A stretch of DNA of 64,000 bases from Fistulifera solaris (lineage: Eukaryota). A program made the translations under genes and the position numbers. The notes beneath the pieces were generated by a model. The model saw nothing but the letters and a program-made list of their open reading frames with translations, did no database searches and was not told the origin of the DNA. This document shows, piece by piece, positions 26,152 to 39,224 of this stretch (within the stretch, counting starts at the first letter, position 1; the number at the start of each line of letters is the position of its first letter). The stretch is taken from positions 620,001 to 684,000 of the forward strand of contig AP026162.1 in assembly GCA_030295235.1 (NCBI GenBank). The letters are read 5' to 3'.

Positions 26152-27062
26152 ATGTCCAGCTCTAGCGAATTTATCATCAACTTCCTTGCCGGAGGTGTGT
26201 CTGGTGCTGTTGCCAAGACTGCTACGGCTCCCATTGAGCGTGTCAAGCTCCTCATCCAAACCCAGGATGCTAACCCCAAGATTATCAGTGGAGAAGTCGC
26301 CCGTTACAATGGCATCGTCGACTGCTTCTCTCGTGTTGCGAGCGAACAGGGTGTCAAGGCTTTCTGGCGTGGAAACTTGACCAACATCATCCGATACTTC
26401 CCTACTCAGGCCTTCAACTTTGCCTTTAAGGACACCATCAAGGCCATCTTCCCCAAGGCTGACAAGAACAAGGAGTTCGGAAAGTTCTTCGCCATCAACA
26501 TGGCCTCTGGTGGTCTTGCCGGAGCCGGTTCGTTGTTGATCGTCTACCCCTCGATTACGCCCGTACCCGTCTTGCCTCGGATGTCGGTTCCGGAAAGGCC
26601 CAGTTCAGCGGCCTCTTCGACTGCCTTAAGCAGACCATCAAGACCGGTGGTCTTGCTGCCCTCTACAACGGTATCGGTGTGTCAATTGTTGGTATCATCC
26701 CCTACCGTGGTGTCTACTTCGGATTGTTCGATACCATGTCCGGCTACAACCCCTACCAGAAGAGCGATAACAATGTGCTCCGTGCCGGATCCAAGTTCGT
26801 GTGCGCTCAGTCATCTGCCATCGCCGCCGGTTACGCCTCATACCCCTTCGACACCGTCCGTCGTCGTCTGCAGATGCAGTCCGAGAAGCCCAAGGCGGAG
26901 TGGGTCTACAGCGGAACCATGGACTGCTTCGGCAAGATCGTCGCCAACGAAGGTGCGGGTGCTCTGTTCAAGGGTGCGGGTGCCAACGCCCTCCGTACCG
27001 TCGGTGCGGCCATGGTGCTTGTGCTTTACTCCGAGATCACTGCTTTCTTCAACGCCAAGTAA
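26152..27062 (+). CDS. AAC: Mitochondrial ADP/ATP carrier (1 apparent frameshift)
   Basis: [61 protein letters not shown]. Missing C at 26547-26550 restores [10 protein letters not shown]. Strong C-ending codon bias. Confidence 0.96.
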
Positions 27063-28364
27063 GCTCATGTAAAGCGGATAATGATGTAATCGCGATGTTT
27101 GGAATGACTATTGTCGTCTTTGTGGTTATTCAACGTATTCTATTGCCAAGGCGGACTAACTAGTATCAACTGCAACAATATTATTGTGTATTAGTTGATC
27201 TACATGCAAAGGAACCTGGAACTGGATTGTTGTCGTCAAAACACTTAACACAATTTCTCGGACGTGAACGAATGGGTAACTGGCATTAGACGAAAAAGCC
27301 CCAAGGATATTGTGTCGCGCATCGCTCCGTCATTCCTTTCTGATTTAGCATTAAAAAAGTTTTTGATTGTCTCATCGTTTCCGGAGCAGATGATTCGACA
27401 TGATATGTTGTCGATCAATTCCAAACATCGAGTGTACCTGGTATTCCTTTACATGCAATATTAAAAAGACAATGCTTTGTGTTTAAAAGGCAACATGTAA
27501 GCACGGTCTTGTCAGAAAAGAAGTTTTTTATGAAGAAGATGGAAAGCATACGCCACTTCCTGTGTAATACTTTGTAAAGATGCAAGATCTAATACAAGCG
27601 AGCAATTCTCTTGCTCTTTGGCAAATCAGCACCTATAGCTTGCTCGATACTTCCGACAAACTGCTCATTTGGTGATCCATTGATTCACTGGTCGATTGGA
27701 AGCACCAGTACGGAGTATCGCATGAAGACCGAGAAAGGCAAGAATGGCCGAATCTTGTGAGGGGGAACATTTCTCGGTAAACAAAGTGCTGCTACATCCG
27801 TGTCAGTATCGACGCCATGAACAAGATTTGAGACCGACTTGCTCCCGACTAGCGATCCTATTGATTAAATCAAGTACGACGTAAGAATGAAATTCCTCAC
27901 GAGGCTTGCAAGTTGTTGCAAGCAACAGAGAATAAGAGCACATTTTTGGTTTTTCTTGTTGCGTGTTGCGTGGATTTCGTCCGCTTCTTCCTTTTTCTCC
28001 GTTTCGCGTTTTGTGACCCTATGTACTTAGACCACGAGTGTCTCTGCTCGAATGTCTTATCGTGCGTTCCACATCTACAGTAGAAAAATCTAGCTACACT
28101 AATTGTCGTTTGACTGTAGGATGGAAAGTATCGGGAAGATTCCCGTTTCTTCTTTTCTATCAGCTGGAAAGTAGGCAGCCAATTCGCGTGGGAAGAACTG
28201 CTTCCATTTTCTGCCCCCAAGGGAAAAACGGCTTTACCAGTACAACAACAAACAAAAATACCAACGCCCCTTCAACTTTCATTCTCATAGTTATCATCAT
28301 AACATAACCGCAACAACAACCATCCAAGTCCGGAAACACGCCGCACTTGCCTATCTAATTAAAT

Positions 28365-28975
28365 ATGAATCGAGATTGGGGAATGAATCAGGTTTTGAAC
28401 GAGTCACCGCCTCTATCCGCTGAGGATTACGAATACGAAGAATGTGCTCCGTCACGACGGGAAAGCCCGATAGCGTTTTGCGGAAAGGGATTTAAACCAG
28501 TTCTTGATGTTCTAGTCAAAGGAGATCATGCTCCCCTGCCGGCAGATCGCTTGGCTCGGAAGCAGCGGATAGTTGGTAGAAGAGGAGGCGTCGGGCAATT
28601 GCAGCTCGTAGAAAACGCCGCCAGGGCGGCACTCGACACAAACGAATCCGATGACGAAACCGGCATCCAGCGGGAGAGCTTACCAAATTCTTCCTTGAAC
28701 GGTCCACAGCCCATGGCGGTAGATCGAACGAGTCCGCGCAAACGAGCCAGAATGGGATCGACCCATGCTGCAGAACCGGATCCTTCCGTCGCGGCAGCTG
28801 GCAAACTTTTGAAGGTTTATCCACACTGGATGACAAAGATGAAGAAGATCCTGTTCGAGGTGTTGTTCGGAGAACGTCGCGGAGAACTTCGTACGATAGT
28901 AAAATCAAAGATGCAAAGGACGATTTCTTGCTCTTATCAGCTTATGCGACGAACGCATCGCAGCTGAAGCGATGA
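28365..28975 (+). CDS. Hypothetical protein (possible frameshift near 28808)
   Basis: 200-aa ATG-initiated ORF. Adding one T at 28807-28810 gives the C-terminus KLFEGLSTLDDKDEEDPVRGVVRRTSRRTSYD..QLKR* followed by AATAAA. Confidence 0.6.
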
Positions 28976-29136
28976 ATAAAATATATGTGAAATAAATTCG
29001 AATGTCTGTTTTAATTAAAAATTAAACTTTAGAACACTATAATGTTAAGTCATTACCAGAGTTCTTCAAATAAACCGAAGGATGCGCCAAGACTTCGAAA
29101 ATCTTCGTGTACACAAACTATTCCGCGTTGTTAGCA

Positions 29137-32100
29137 TTAGCCACTGTACTCCCAAAGCTCCTTATCCATAGCGATGCGGCCCCATTCTTTACTTACAATC
29201 GAAGCGTTGTAGATATCAGTGTTCGTTAAAAAGCTGAATATATTCAGGACGGTGCGCTTGGGCTGTTTGGGTTTGCCGAATAGCGTCAACATCTCCCTCG
29301 GATTTGCTTTTGCGCGACGACGAGGGATCGAATTCTATCCGTATTGGGGGCGTTCGAGGTGCAGTATTCTTCGATGTAGTGACCGGCGGTGAAGTTTCTG
29401 GTGGACAAGATCGCTTCTTCGACGACGCAAATTTAGTCTCCGTGGCATTTGTTGACTGGTCCTCGGGCTTGTAATGTTGCATCATGGCGCGCATTTGCAT
29501 TTCGTGAGCGCGCTGCTGCTGACCGAACATAGGTGTGACTGGAGGTACACCCATTGTGGAATAACCGATATGACCCATCACCGATGAAGTCATGTAAGCC
29601 GGGTGCATATATCCACGGTGAGACATAGTTCTTTGTGGCATTTGGTGACCATGAACCGCCCCAGCTGGCACTTTGCTGCTTCGAATGTTGGCGGGGGAGG
29701 CAGCAGGGCCCTGCTGCGGGGCACGCTGTCCTTGCCAAACTTCATGAGCAACTCGTACTGCATACTCGGCGCCCTTAGAATCCTTCATTTTTCTCCTCTT
29801 GTCGATCAGCGTCTGAGACCCAGCCAGGTTTTGACAATCCACGCATTTACAGCTCGGTCCGCAAAATTGCCCGGCAACAAAACACTTTGACAAAGAAACA
29901 AACAAAAATGAGAGGTGACAGGATAGCAACAAGAAAAGGTGCGAAAATACTTACATCGCAATACTTTTTGAGGCAAAATGACCGCTTGCATCTGCAGCCG
30001 CTCGTACTTTGTTGAAAGGCTGTGGGGTTCTTGGCGCGAGCACTCTGAATCGCTTTCTCTCTTAATTCATCAAACTGAGGAAGGTTGTTGCAGTCCACGC
30101 ATTTGCATCCGTCACAGTACACTTTCGCGGAAAAGCAGAAGCAATAAAGCTTGAGACATTTCGAGTTTTTACAGTTACAGGACCTCTTCCCTGAATCATT
30201 TTCTTTCGTTGCGCTGTCTTCGCTAGCCGGAACGCTCTTCTGGGACGTTTTGACCGTACTCGGTGGGATTAGTTTCGGTACTTCTGCCGGAGTTGAAGAA
30301 GATAGGGCGGTCTGAGTTTTGGGTGTGGAGACGGGTTGTGTATTCTGAAACACATGAGGTTGCGGTGCGTATCTGTGGGCTTGGAGATGGGGTTGCGCGT
30401 ACATGTGTGGCGGATAAGCAGTTCTATAGGCCTGTGCTGAATGGTATGCTGCGCTTGAGGCTCGCATCATGTTATTGATCCCTTCGAAGGACTGCTGTGT
30501 ACTTGCATACTTCGTTCCGACTTGGCCCAGTTCAAGACGCATCCCGTTCCGGGGAACAGATGGCATCTGTCGATTCAATGTGCCATCGTTCCACAATTTC
30601 GTTGGCTTAACTTCACTCGAAGGTAGAACAGGAGATGCTTGCAGAGAAGTCGTAGCGCCGATTCGAGAAGCACTAGACATGGCGCTTTTCGAGGCTGAGA
30701 CTTTGGTAGCGGAAACTTTCGTAGCCTTTCGGACAGGTGACCTGGTCACTCCCTGCAGCCCTCCAGAAGGTGGTACGGTGATGAAGTCATTCAGAAAGCC
30801 TTTGAAGGAAGAGTCATTTTTCGAAGATCTTTGTGGTAACGGAGGAGCATCGATTTCGTCAGAGCTCGATCGCGTCAAGGAGATCTTTGGATGGTGTTCG
30901 TCGCCCGAAGGTTCAAAATAGACAAGCGATGGACCGACAGGTGAGAAAGCATCCGCCAACTGTGGATCAGGCGTTTCCACTATCCCAAAACTGGATGATA
31001 AACCCAAATGCGGTGAAGCACGAAGAGGAGATCTATTAAACCCTTTTCCAGGAGGCGAACGAAAAAGATTTGAGGTAGATTTGTTGCTCGGTGTCATGGC
31101 CATATTGACCCCGCCCAAACGTGTCAAAGGAGAGGTTCGCGCAGACGTGGCAAACAAATCGTCGACAGGCGGTGGAGAGCGCCAAACTGGTTCATGCTCA
31201 TAAAAAATGTTGTAGTGACCTTGTGGATGGGGTCGTCCATGAAAGTGTCCGGGTGTCGCGTGCGCAGTCGACGTGCCTTTCTGGTGCCACTCTCGATCTT
31301 GACCGTAAGGAGTTGAATAATCGGAAAAGTGCATGTATTGGTAATGCGAGAGCGGCGGGGAGCCGTGAGGCGAAGCAAATAGAGACGAGGGCCGATGATC
31401 ACGGTAACCTGAAGGCGATCCTCTTGGCGGTGAATCGCTTTCACCGAACGAACCAAGAGGGCCTTCCCAGATCTCAGTGGATTGAAGGGGGTCGTGGTGG
31501 CTGCCAGTGGTGTCCATATCGTTCGAAAGGGGCGCTGAAGCTGAAGCCTGTGTTGTCGAACATTATGAATAAAAGGGTGGAAAAAGCACGCGACAAGATT
31601 CGCGCCATTTTGTTGATAATAGCATTTGCAGTCGTGAATACGTCACAATTAGCAAAAACCGTTGCAATCGGTAATCGTGATACCCGTTGAATGGCAATAA
31701 ATTCCGTATGGACGAGTTTTTGACCGACCATAGTAATCATGTCAATGTATTAAACAGTATCGTGCGTAGCAAAAATACATAATGAAATAATAACAATGAC
31801 AACGGTGATAATCATCAACAAGGCAATCGTGCAACGAGAAAAGGAGGGAGGAAATGCGAATTCGAAACAAGGCAAGTGAGAAGAAGTTGATAAAAATACG
31901 ATCAATAACAGCTTGCGAAAAGTTCATCCGATTTAGATGTAAATCATTGTGAGAACGTACCTTTGGAGATTTCCGGGGCATTTTGGAGCGATGAATAGAA
32001 GATACATTACTTCGAGCTGGCGTTGCATCTTGATCACGGCGCGATGAGCCATGATCCTCTCCTTTGCGTGACTGGACTTGGGCATCGGCTGGCAACGTCG

Positions 32101-32283
32101 CTTTCCTAACAATACTCTTTGTTTGTGAAGATTTTGGAACTTGGCTGGATGGAGGAAGAAAGTCGCTGTGTGTACTCGTGGCTTCCGATTTTATTGACGA
32201 TTTTTGCCTGTTGATTTTGAGTTCTTAGAATCTTTCCGTGATGATGTATCTGCCGAGGACTGCCCTCTTGAATGCGGCTGCAT
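29137..32283 (-). CDS. CRC/CXC (tesmin/TSO1/LIN54-like) DNA-binding protein with C-terminal F-box-like domain
   Basis: CNCKNSKCLKLYCFCF..CKCVDCNN, linker KNPTAF, GCRCKRSFCLKKYCD|CF..CKCVDCQN. Intron 29885-29954. Upstream exon spliced in phase 0 through intron 31548-31960. Indels at about 32225 and 29296. Confidence 0.85.
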
Positions 32284-33900
32284 GGTGTGAGAAAATCTGA
32301 AATTCCGCACGTAGCCTATGCAAGTGTAATTGTTTCTTCAAATGTCTTTCCTCTGTTGAGCGTCAAATCCTAAGTAGACGAAAACTTCAGGATGCGCTTA
32401 AATCAATGGATCGCCCAAGTTTCAATACGAAAGACCAACTGACACAGAAAAGCGGCAAAAATGCACCTCAGGTGGTGACGATCTCTCCTGAGTCTCTTCG
32501 CGCGCCTGAACCTCGCCTGCTCTGTTCTTGCTGCGGAAAGGTCTTACTTTGTGAAAGCAATTTCCCAGACAACAAAGCCACTGATTTCGGCAAGGTTGGA
32601 TTGATAGTGACGTGATTTCTTTCTGTATCGAAGCTACAACACTACTAATTCTATTGCATTTCTTGACGATAACCAAGGTCGGTGAAGCACGGCCGCGTTT
32701 TCTGCCCCGCTTTGGCGCCACAAATGTGAGCTCAACATGACTGGGGGCAAGTCCGGCGCCGTTCCACGTGCGCAGGAGGTCCTGCTAGGAAACTTCCTCC
32801 TGCCTAAGTAATATTTCCGTTGTAGTTTACTTAAGGGATCTGGATAAATTTCCATCCGATTGAAACGCACCGAGTTCATTCCTCTAAATTTGATAAAAAT
32901 AGGTTATTCTGTGTTTTAATGTTATATTATTGAGAATTTATTTGGATATTATTTTTTATTGTATTGAAATTAGCGTTATTCGTAAAAAGTTTTACTTTCA
33001 ACTTTCATTTCGGCAGAAAACGGAGATGTAGCTTGTATCGAAGTCCTGGTTGCTCATTCCGCATAGAGTGAGCGCAATTTTTGGCGGCGAGCTCGGCGGC
33101 CAACGAAAAGCGGGAGATGCTCAACGTATCTATTTTGGCTACTTTCTTGCTTCTGAAATCCAGGTTTCCCAGAACTAAGGAAGGCCATCTTAAGGTTTGT
33201 AATCGCAGGTTCCTTTGCTCCGAGCCACTGGATAAACTAAATTTTAGCCCGATAGCTTCTATAGTAAGTTGGTTGCTTCTCTGATGTCTAGCATTCAATG
33301 AATAATGTATTCTTTTACAAAACTCCATATCATGGGGTTGGTGATAGCTGCATTCGGATTGCTATTTCAGGATGCATACTATGTTGGAAAAAATGCGTGC
33401 CTTTGTTCATAAATTAAGCGATAGCACTGAGCCTCAATCGAGCAATAGTGCATGAGGTGTCAACCTACAATGAGTCTGATTGTATCTAGTCCCCAAGATT
33501 AGGTTTAAGTTCATAGCTTCTAGCTTGAATCGACGCGGTACTCAAAAAAAAACAGCTAAAAATTCTTCTCAGCAGACAAGGCGTTAGTTTGGCACGCCAA
33601 TCACGCAGAGGAATTGCAGCCACGATGATTCTTGGCGAAGACAACTTAAATCCAAATCTAAAAACTTTAGCTCAATGATTAATTTCAATAACAAAAGGAT
33701 AGCTTTTTGATGTACAAGCTTACAAGAATTATAAGTTTGGTAGAAGCATCAACAATCACCTTATATTTGGCTATTAGGTCTGACCGAAAAGCTAAATAGT
33801 CTGTATTTTTAGAGCTCGATTCCTTTTTGTGACTCAGCGTGAAGACTCTGTCACGTGTCGCAACGAGTACAAAGTGGTGAGTTCACTGTTTGTTCGAGAG

Positions 33901-33916
33901 TACCTGGTACCCGGTA
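33901..33916. promoter_or_regulatory. Doubled element TACCTGGTACCCGGTA upstream of the Sec10-like gene
   Basis: About 270 bp upstream of the ATG at 34176. Same motif family as at 51349. Regulatory function is inferred. Confidence 0.45.
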
Positions 33917-34175
33917 CCAGTAGATACACAGTGGTCGTTGCGGCGGTTGGACGACGACCTTCAGTTGGCTTTGATCTTTGTTGTTGCAGCGAAAGGCAAA
34001 AGTAGGTGCAGTTCTCGCGACAACTAATTGACGATAATATCAATATCCTATTTGAATTGGGAAACGAAATCAGCACAAGCATTCTACAACGCCGATTTAA
34101 GAGATAGAAAACGAGAATCGATAAAAAGACTTTTTGTGGAACTTGTTATTGACTGATCTAACGCATTCAATTGTC

Positions 34176-37100
34176 ATGTCGAGAGACGGCTATCCCATGG
34201 GCGGCCCCAATCGGCGACGACAAACGATGAAATCGGGTGGTTTGGGAACGTTCATGGACGATCCTCGATCGCGCAGTCGGGGACGATCGAAATCAAAGGA
34301 CGCCGATTTGTCGATCATGAGCGGCGTGTCTGGCGTAGACAGGATTTACGATACTATACCGGATAAGTATCTTTACAACTCCAAAAATATAGAGCCAACC
34401 TTGTACTTTTGCCGCGGCTGCTGGAAAACAACGCAGAAGCTAGAAGGGATCCTACAGCTGTCGCAGGGAAGAAGAAAGCGTATCATCTTACGCTCAGAAA
34501 CTTGATCAAAGCGGCTGAGGAAGATGTCCGTCTTCACCGGGCACGGGTGCAAGCAGCTCAGGTCAAAGACGTTCGGTTGCTTCGAAACTATCAACTAGAA
34601 ACAGATCCAGAGTATAAAGAGCGCACAGATAGGTTGAAAGAACGCCAGGCTCTCATCGACGAGCTGAATGATCAAGCCCATGCTATTCTGGAAGGACTAC
34701 ATGACAACCAAGATGGCCAGGGGTTGACGCAGGCGGAACGAGCGCAGGTGCATCTAGCACGTTGGCAACGCGCACTGGAGCTCTACGTACACACGCAACA
34801 CGAAGGAATGGATTGGCAATCCATTTTCGAATATTTGCTGGGAGGTATTTCCGAAGATCAAGATATTAGCCAAGTGTTACAAGAGGCATCGCAGCTATGC
34901 TCGGCAGTTGTTGATTCGACGACACAAGCATTGAAGGACGCAGAGGCATATGTTGCCGATCTTGAGTCTCCTTACCTTATTCGGCTGGAAGCGCATTCTT
35001 TGTATGCAAATGAATGTATGCGACAAGTAGGCGAAATCGAAGACCAATTCAAAACGTCAGGACGCACTGCCCTGCAGATCGGACATCAGCTGGAGCATGC
35101 TGAACTAAAGCGCAATCAGTGCGAGGCCGCTTCGATGTTGATTCGTCGCTGGTGGATGATGGAGAGTCTTGCTGAAACCGAGAAGAACAGTGGAAAGCCA
35201 ATTGATGTAGAAGCCGAAATTCGCGGAATCATCTCTCCGGGGGCCTGTAAAATGGATCCTTTGTTTACGAGATCGGAAAACTCGCTGGATGCCGCGAAGG
35301 CATTGAAGCAGCTCCGGGCCGTTGTTCGTTCAAGAGGAAATGCAGCGGCGACGGGAAGTGCAACGACGGCAATGACTGCGGACAAGTCGTCGTCTCGTCG
35401 GTTCGCGATTACAGCGAATTTGATTACCAGAACGAGCGACGCGGTCGAAGGTCGCCTATTGAATGCGTTTTCCGAAGTCTACGGTGCTGGTGGAATCTAC
35501 GACTTTTCTTCAAAGCCCAGACCCGGTGCAATTGATTGGCGCGAGCTTCGAGCACTCGCTCAAGCTTTGCTTTTGTTTGATTCCGGACGGAATCTACACA
35601 AGCGCTATGTCGACATGGTGGTCGGTTCGCGATTCCCTGAGCTGTTTTCTCCTCAGATGGATGACGGGGATGAAGATGCTATGTATTTTAGGGAGGCATC
35701 AGACGCGGATGCCACAAGAAGTAAGCTCACAAATCTGTTTCAGAGGGTTGGTGAAGTTTGCACGGCCGAATTTGAGTTGATTGCCCACGTTTTTGGAGCC
35801 GATGAAAATCGAACTGATCTGCTGGACGGGAATGAGGAAATGCCGCTCGTTGTAGCGCGGGCACTTCTTCAGCGCGTAGTGAGTGATCCTTCCCATGGTC
35901 TACAAGCTCGTATCAACGCCTTGTTGGCCAGCATTGACCGTCAAGGCGATTTGGAAGCTGCTGCAAAGAAGCTTGATACATTCGTCGTGGTCCATGAAAA
36001 AGCAGCAGGGCTCTTTAGCCTTCTGATAGGTGCTGCAGAAGCAATGGCATTTCGTGAGGAAACATCTGGCACTTCCAAAAGTTCGTCGAAAGCAAATCAA
36101 GGGAATGCGGTGGAATCTCTTAAAGGCTTTTTAAGATCACAAGAGCTTGCGATCACAAATGCCCATAGACAGGCCTACGTCAATTTGGAGCTGCGCTTAA
36201 TGCATCACGATTGTTGCAATATTCTGGATCACGCCGGTTGTGCCATGGTAAAGAATGCCCCATTGCGCCCCGATCCTGCTTTGGCGGAAAAAGGAATATT
36301 GGAAGAGTTCCGCGCCCCTGTGTTGCCGCTACACAAGGAGTCTCTTAAGCGTATTGGGTTCACAGGAATTCTTGCTGGTCCCCTCAAGCAATCTTTAATG
36401 ATTCAAACTCTTGTTCGTGGAACAGATTCGCTTGTGCGAGCTAGACTCATGTTCGGAGCTAATAAACGTAGTGGAGAAGCAACTTCACGAGTAATTCTGA
36501 GAATTTACTCTCAGATGTGCTCTTTCTTTGGTGAAGCTTTTCTTTTCCCATTGTTGAGACATTAGGAGACATCTTACCTGTAAGCGCCCCTTCTCAGCCA
36601 CCTCAGTTACCTTTTGACGAGGAACAAGAGCCGCCGGATCTTGGTGTCCCAGCTGCTTTCTGGGTGTGTCTAGAGCATGTCAGCTCTGTTGCGAAGGCAT
36701 TTGATCGAGAGCTGTGGGCCGAAGGTCGTGAAGACAGTCAGCGAGTTTGGGAAACGTTAGAAGAATGCGGGGACAGCAACTCAATGGCTATTGCACGAGA
36801 AGAACGCGTTCTGTTTTACACGAAACTTGAAAAACGAGGCGAGGCGGCCATTCTAAAGGCGTTGAATACATTGAGCGCGCATATGCAATGGATTCTTGTA
36901 ACCGGGGGCGAATCCATGTTGGCAACGGGTGGTACACGCATACTGAGCTCCCTGACTGGACAATCAGGTGGGCCATATGCGATTCCTGCCAACACAATTG
37001 CTGAAAACAGCAACAGTCCAGCTGTCAAATCTCTACTTTACTGTTTGCGGCGTCAGCTTCCGTCAATTCAGGCAGCACTTACTCAAGAAAGCCTGACTCG

Positions 37101-37539
37101 ATTCTGGACGGCTCTTTCCATGCGCATGTATGATATTTTTGTTTCGCGTTTGTTACAATATTATTACATTACAACTGCAGGTGCTGTTATACTCTTGGAA
37201 GATATCAAGTCGATGACAAACGTTGCGCAGTTAGTTGGAACAAAGCATGACCACTGGTTCAAATTGATTGAACTCGTTGCTCTATACCTGCCGTCTCCGG
37301 GTGGAATTACTTCTATGTTGACCGGCCCCGAAGGAGACCCTGGAAAGGGTTTGTTTGCGAAAGTCGGTCGGGACCAAGCTTTGGTATTTCTTAGCCGACG
37401 ACAAGATTATCGCTACAAGGCAGCGGCGGGAATGAAAAAGAGTTCGTGGGTTACGGACATGCTGACGAGTTTAAATGTGACCGATCCGACCGATGGAGTA
37501 GTCAACATGAGTCTTTTCGCAGCTAGCAGGATGGGTTAA
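34176..37539 (+). CDS. Exocyst component Sec10/EXOC5-like (2 apparent frameshifts)
   Basis: About 1120-aa helical protein with an N-terminal coiled coil. C-terminal FWTALSMRMYDIFVSRLLQY..TAGAVILLED..LIELVALY resembles Sec10. Missing T at 34407-34410 and missing C at 36547-36549. Confidence 0.65.
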
Positions 37540-39224
37540 TCTGCGCAACTGTTCGCTGGCCAGGCTCTGCCTCCTTACGGGTTGATTCGGTAAACAAGTA
37601 AAGCGGAGTACTCTGTATTTTTGTGCTGAATTTATGTTATTGATGTGCACCACATCTGTTGTGTTTAGCCAAGGGACAAGGTCGTTGCCCCACCTTCTCG
37701 TCTTGCATTATTAGGAAGCAAGTTCAAATACAGCTAATGATGCTAGAATATACATGGTTCATTTTTTGAATGTTATGCTCCTCTTCGCAATGCCTCTTAA
37801 AATCTTTCCAGTCCCAGCAATCGTTGTTTTAGTGCGCTTCACTTTCTTGTCCTTAGGCATGAATAAAATAGCGTGTAAAATAGCAGTCGATGTAATTATA
37901 TTTCTCGTTGGAAAATGTCGGATGAAACGAATCTCACTGTGATTGTCGTGCAAACGGATGATTTGCTGAAATGAGGTCAACGCTTGAGCAACAACCTCTA
38001 GAAAATAGATTGTGTCACTTCGTTGGTCGGGTCTTTTTTGGCATTACATCGATTGGCAAGGATACTCCATGATCCACTCCGGCTCCTCATAAACAATCGC
38101 AACACACATGGGACTTAATGGCAAATGGATTGATGTAATAAGGATAATACTTCGTGCAGGCCCATAACACAAGGTCCACACTCCCCCAATCCACCGCGTC
38201 ACTCGTATCGAGCCGGACTGCGTCAATAACGTTCCAAATACGATCAATCTTTGTGGTTCAGTGTGCGCTGATGCGACGGGTCGTGAGCAGCTCCATCGAG
38301 ATCTTTGAATGTCTTTTTTGGAGTCAACGAGTAATTGCAGTGCTGTGAACATATTTTTGTGTGTTAGGTAACTCGTCCATCAATGTTCTCAATCGAAATT
38401 GCAGAACATGATATGCTTCGGTGTCTCTGATGTTGTTGTTGTTTCGACGCTAGCACCAACACATGGCTATTTTGTCGTTCTGCATTTCACTCTATCATTA
38501 TTTGCTCGGTTCTCCTTGAGTGGTAAACACTTTTTAGCAGTCAACCAAGCCGCTAGTATGCAGGAAACAACTGCGCCCCCGATGGATATTTCTCGCTACG
38601 GCTTGATAGCCCTTTCACTGTATGGAAAATGACATTTTCTTTCGTGCTATTAAACTTCATGAGGATACATCTCGCCGAAACCCTTCTCAAAAATGAAGGG
38701 TTACACCCTTACTGAAACGAATTTTCACTCGCATCCTTCCTTGACGAGTCTGCACTAGCATGAATGTAATGACGGCAGGAAAAATTGAGAAGGAAGTCAA
38801 GTATCTGCTTCAAAAGGTCACACAATTCTGTGCTATCCCCTTGCATTTTTGGCCGAAAAGCACGTTTTGAAAACTATGCATTGCTGAAGTAGGTGACAAC
38901 TAAGTGTACTACAAACAGTAGTAGCGAGATCGGAGCGGTACACGGGTTTTGGTCTATGTCGCAGTGTGCTTAAAAATGTCGCAGAGGACGCACGGACAGA
39001 CTGGACCCTCTTTTAGACTCGTGACCCACAGTAAGGAAGGGATTACTGTGACGTATACTGTAAACCTGGAAGTACACGGGACACACCTTTTTGACTCTGC
39101 CATCGTCTGCATCATCAGAGCATCAGAGCATTGCAAACGAAGCCCTGATGAAAGCCATTAACTTACGAATACGGAGTATTTTTAGCAGTAACTACAACAT
39201 CGCTAAAGCAAAGCACTATCGGCA

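Noticed and set aside
32880..33005. Very AT-rich patch as a possible diatom centromere-like sequence
   Set aside because: Only about 120 bp. Described diatom centromeric low-GC tracts are considerably longer and nothing else supports it.
38044..38352. Minus-strand ORF with faint ankyrin-like HLPL..AI..PEW segment
   Set aside because: Similarity too weak and no gene model could be built.
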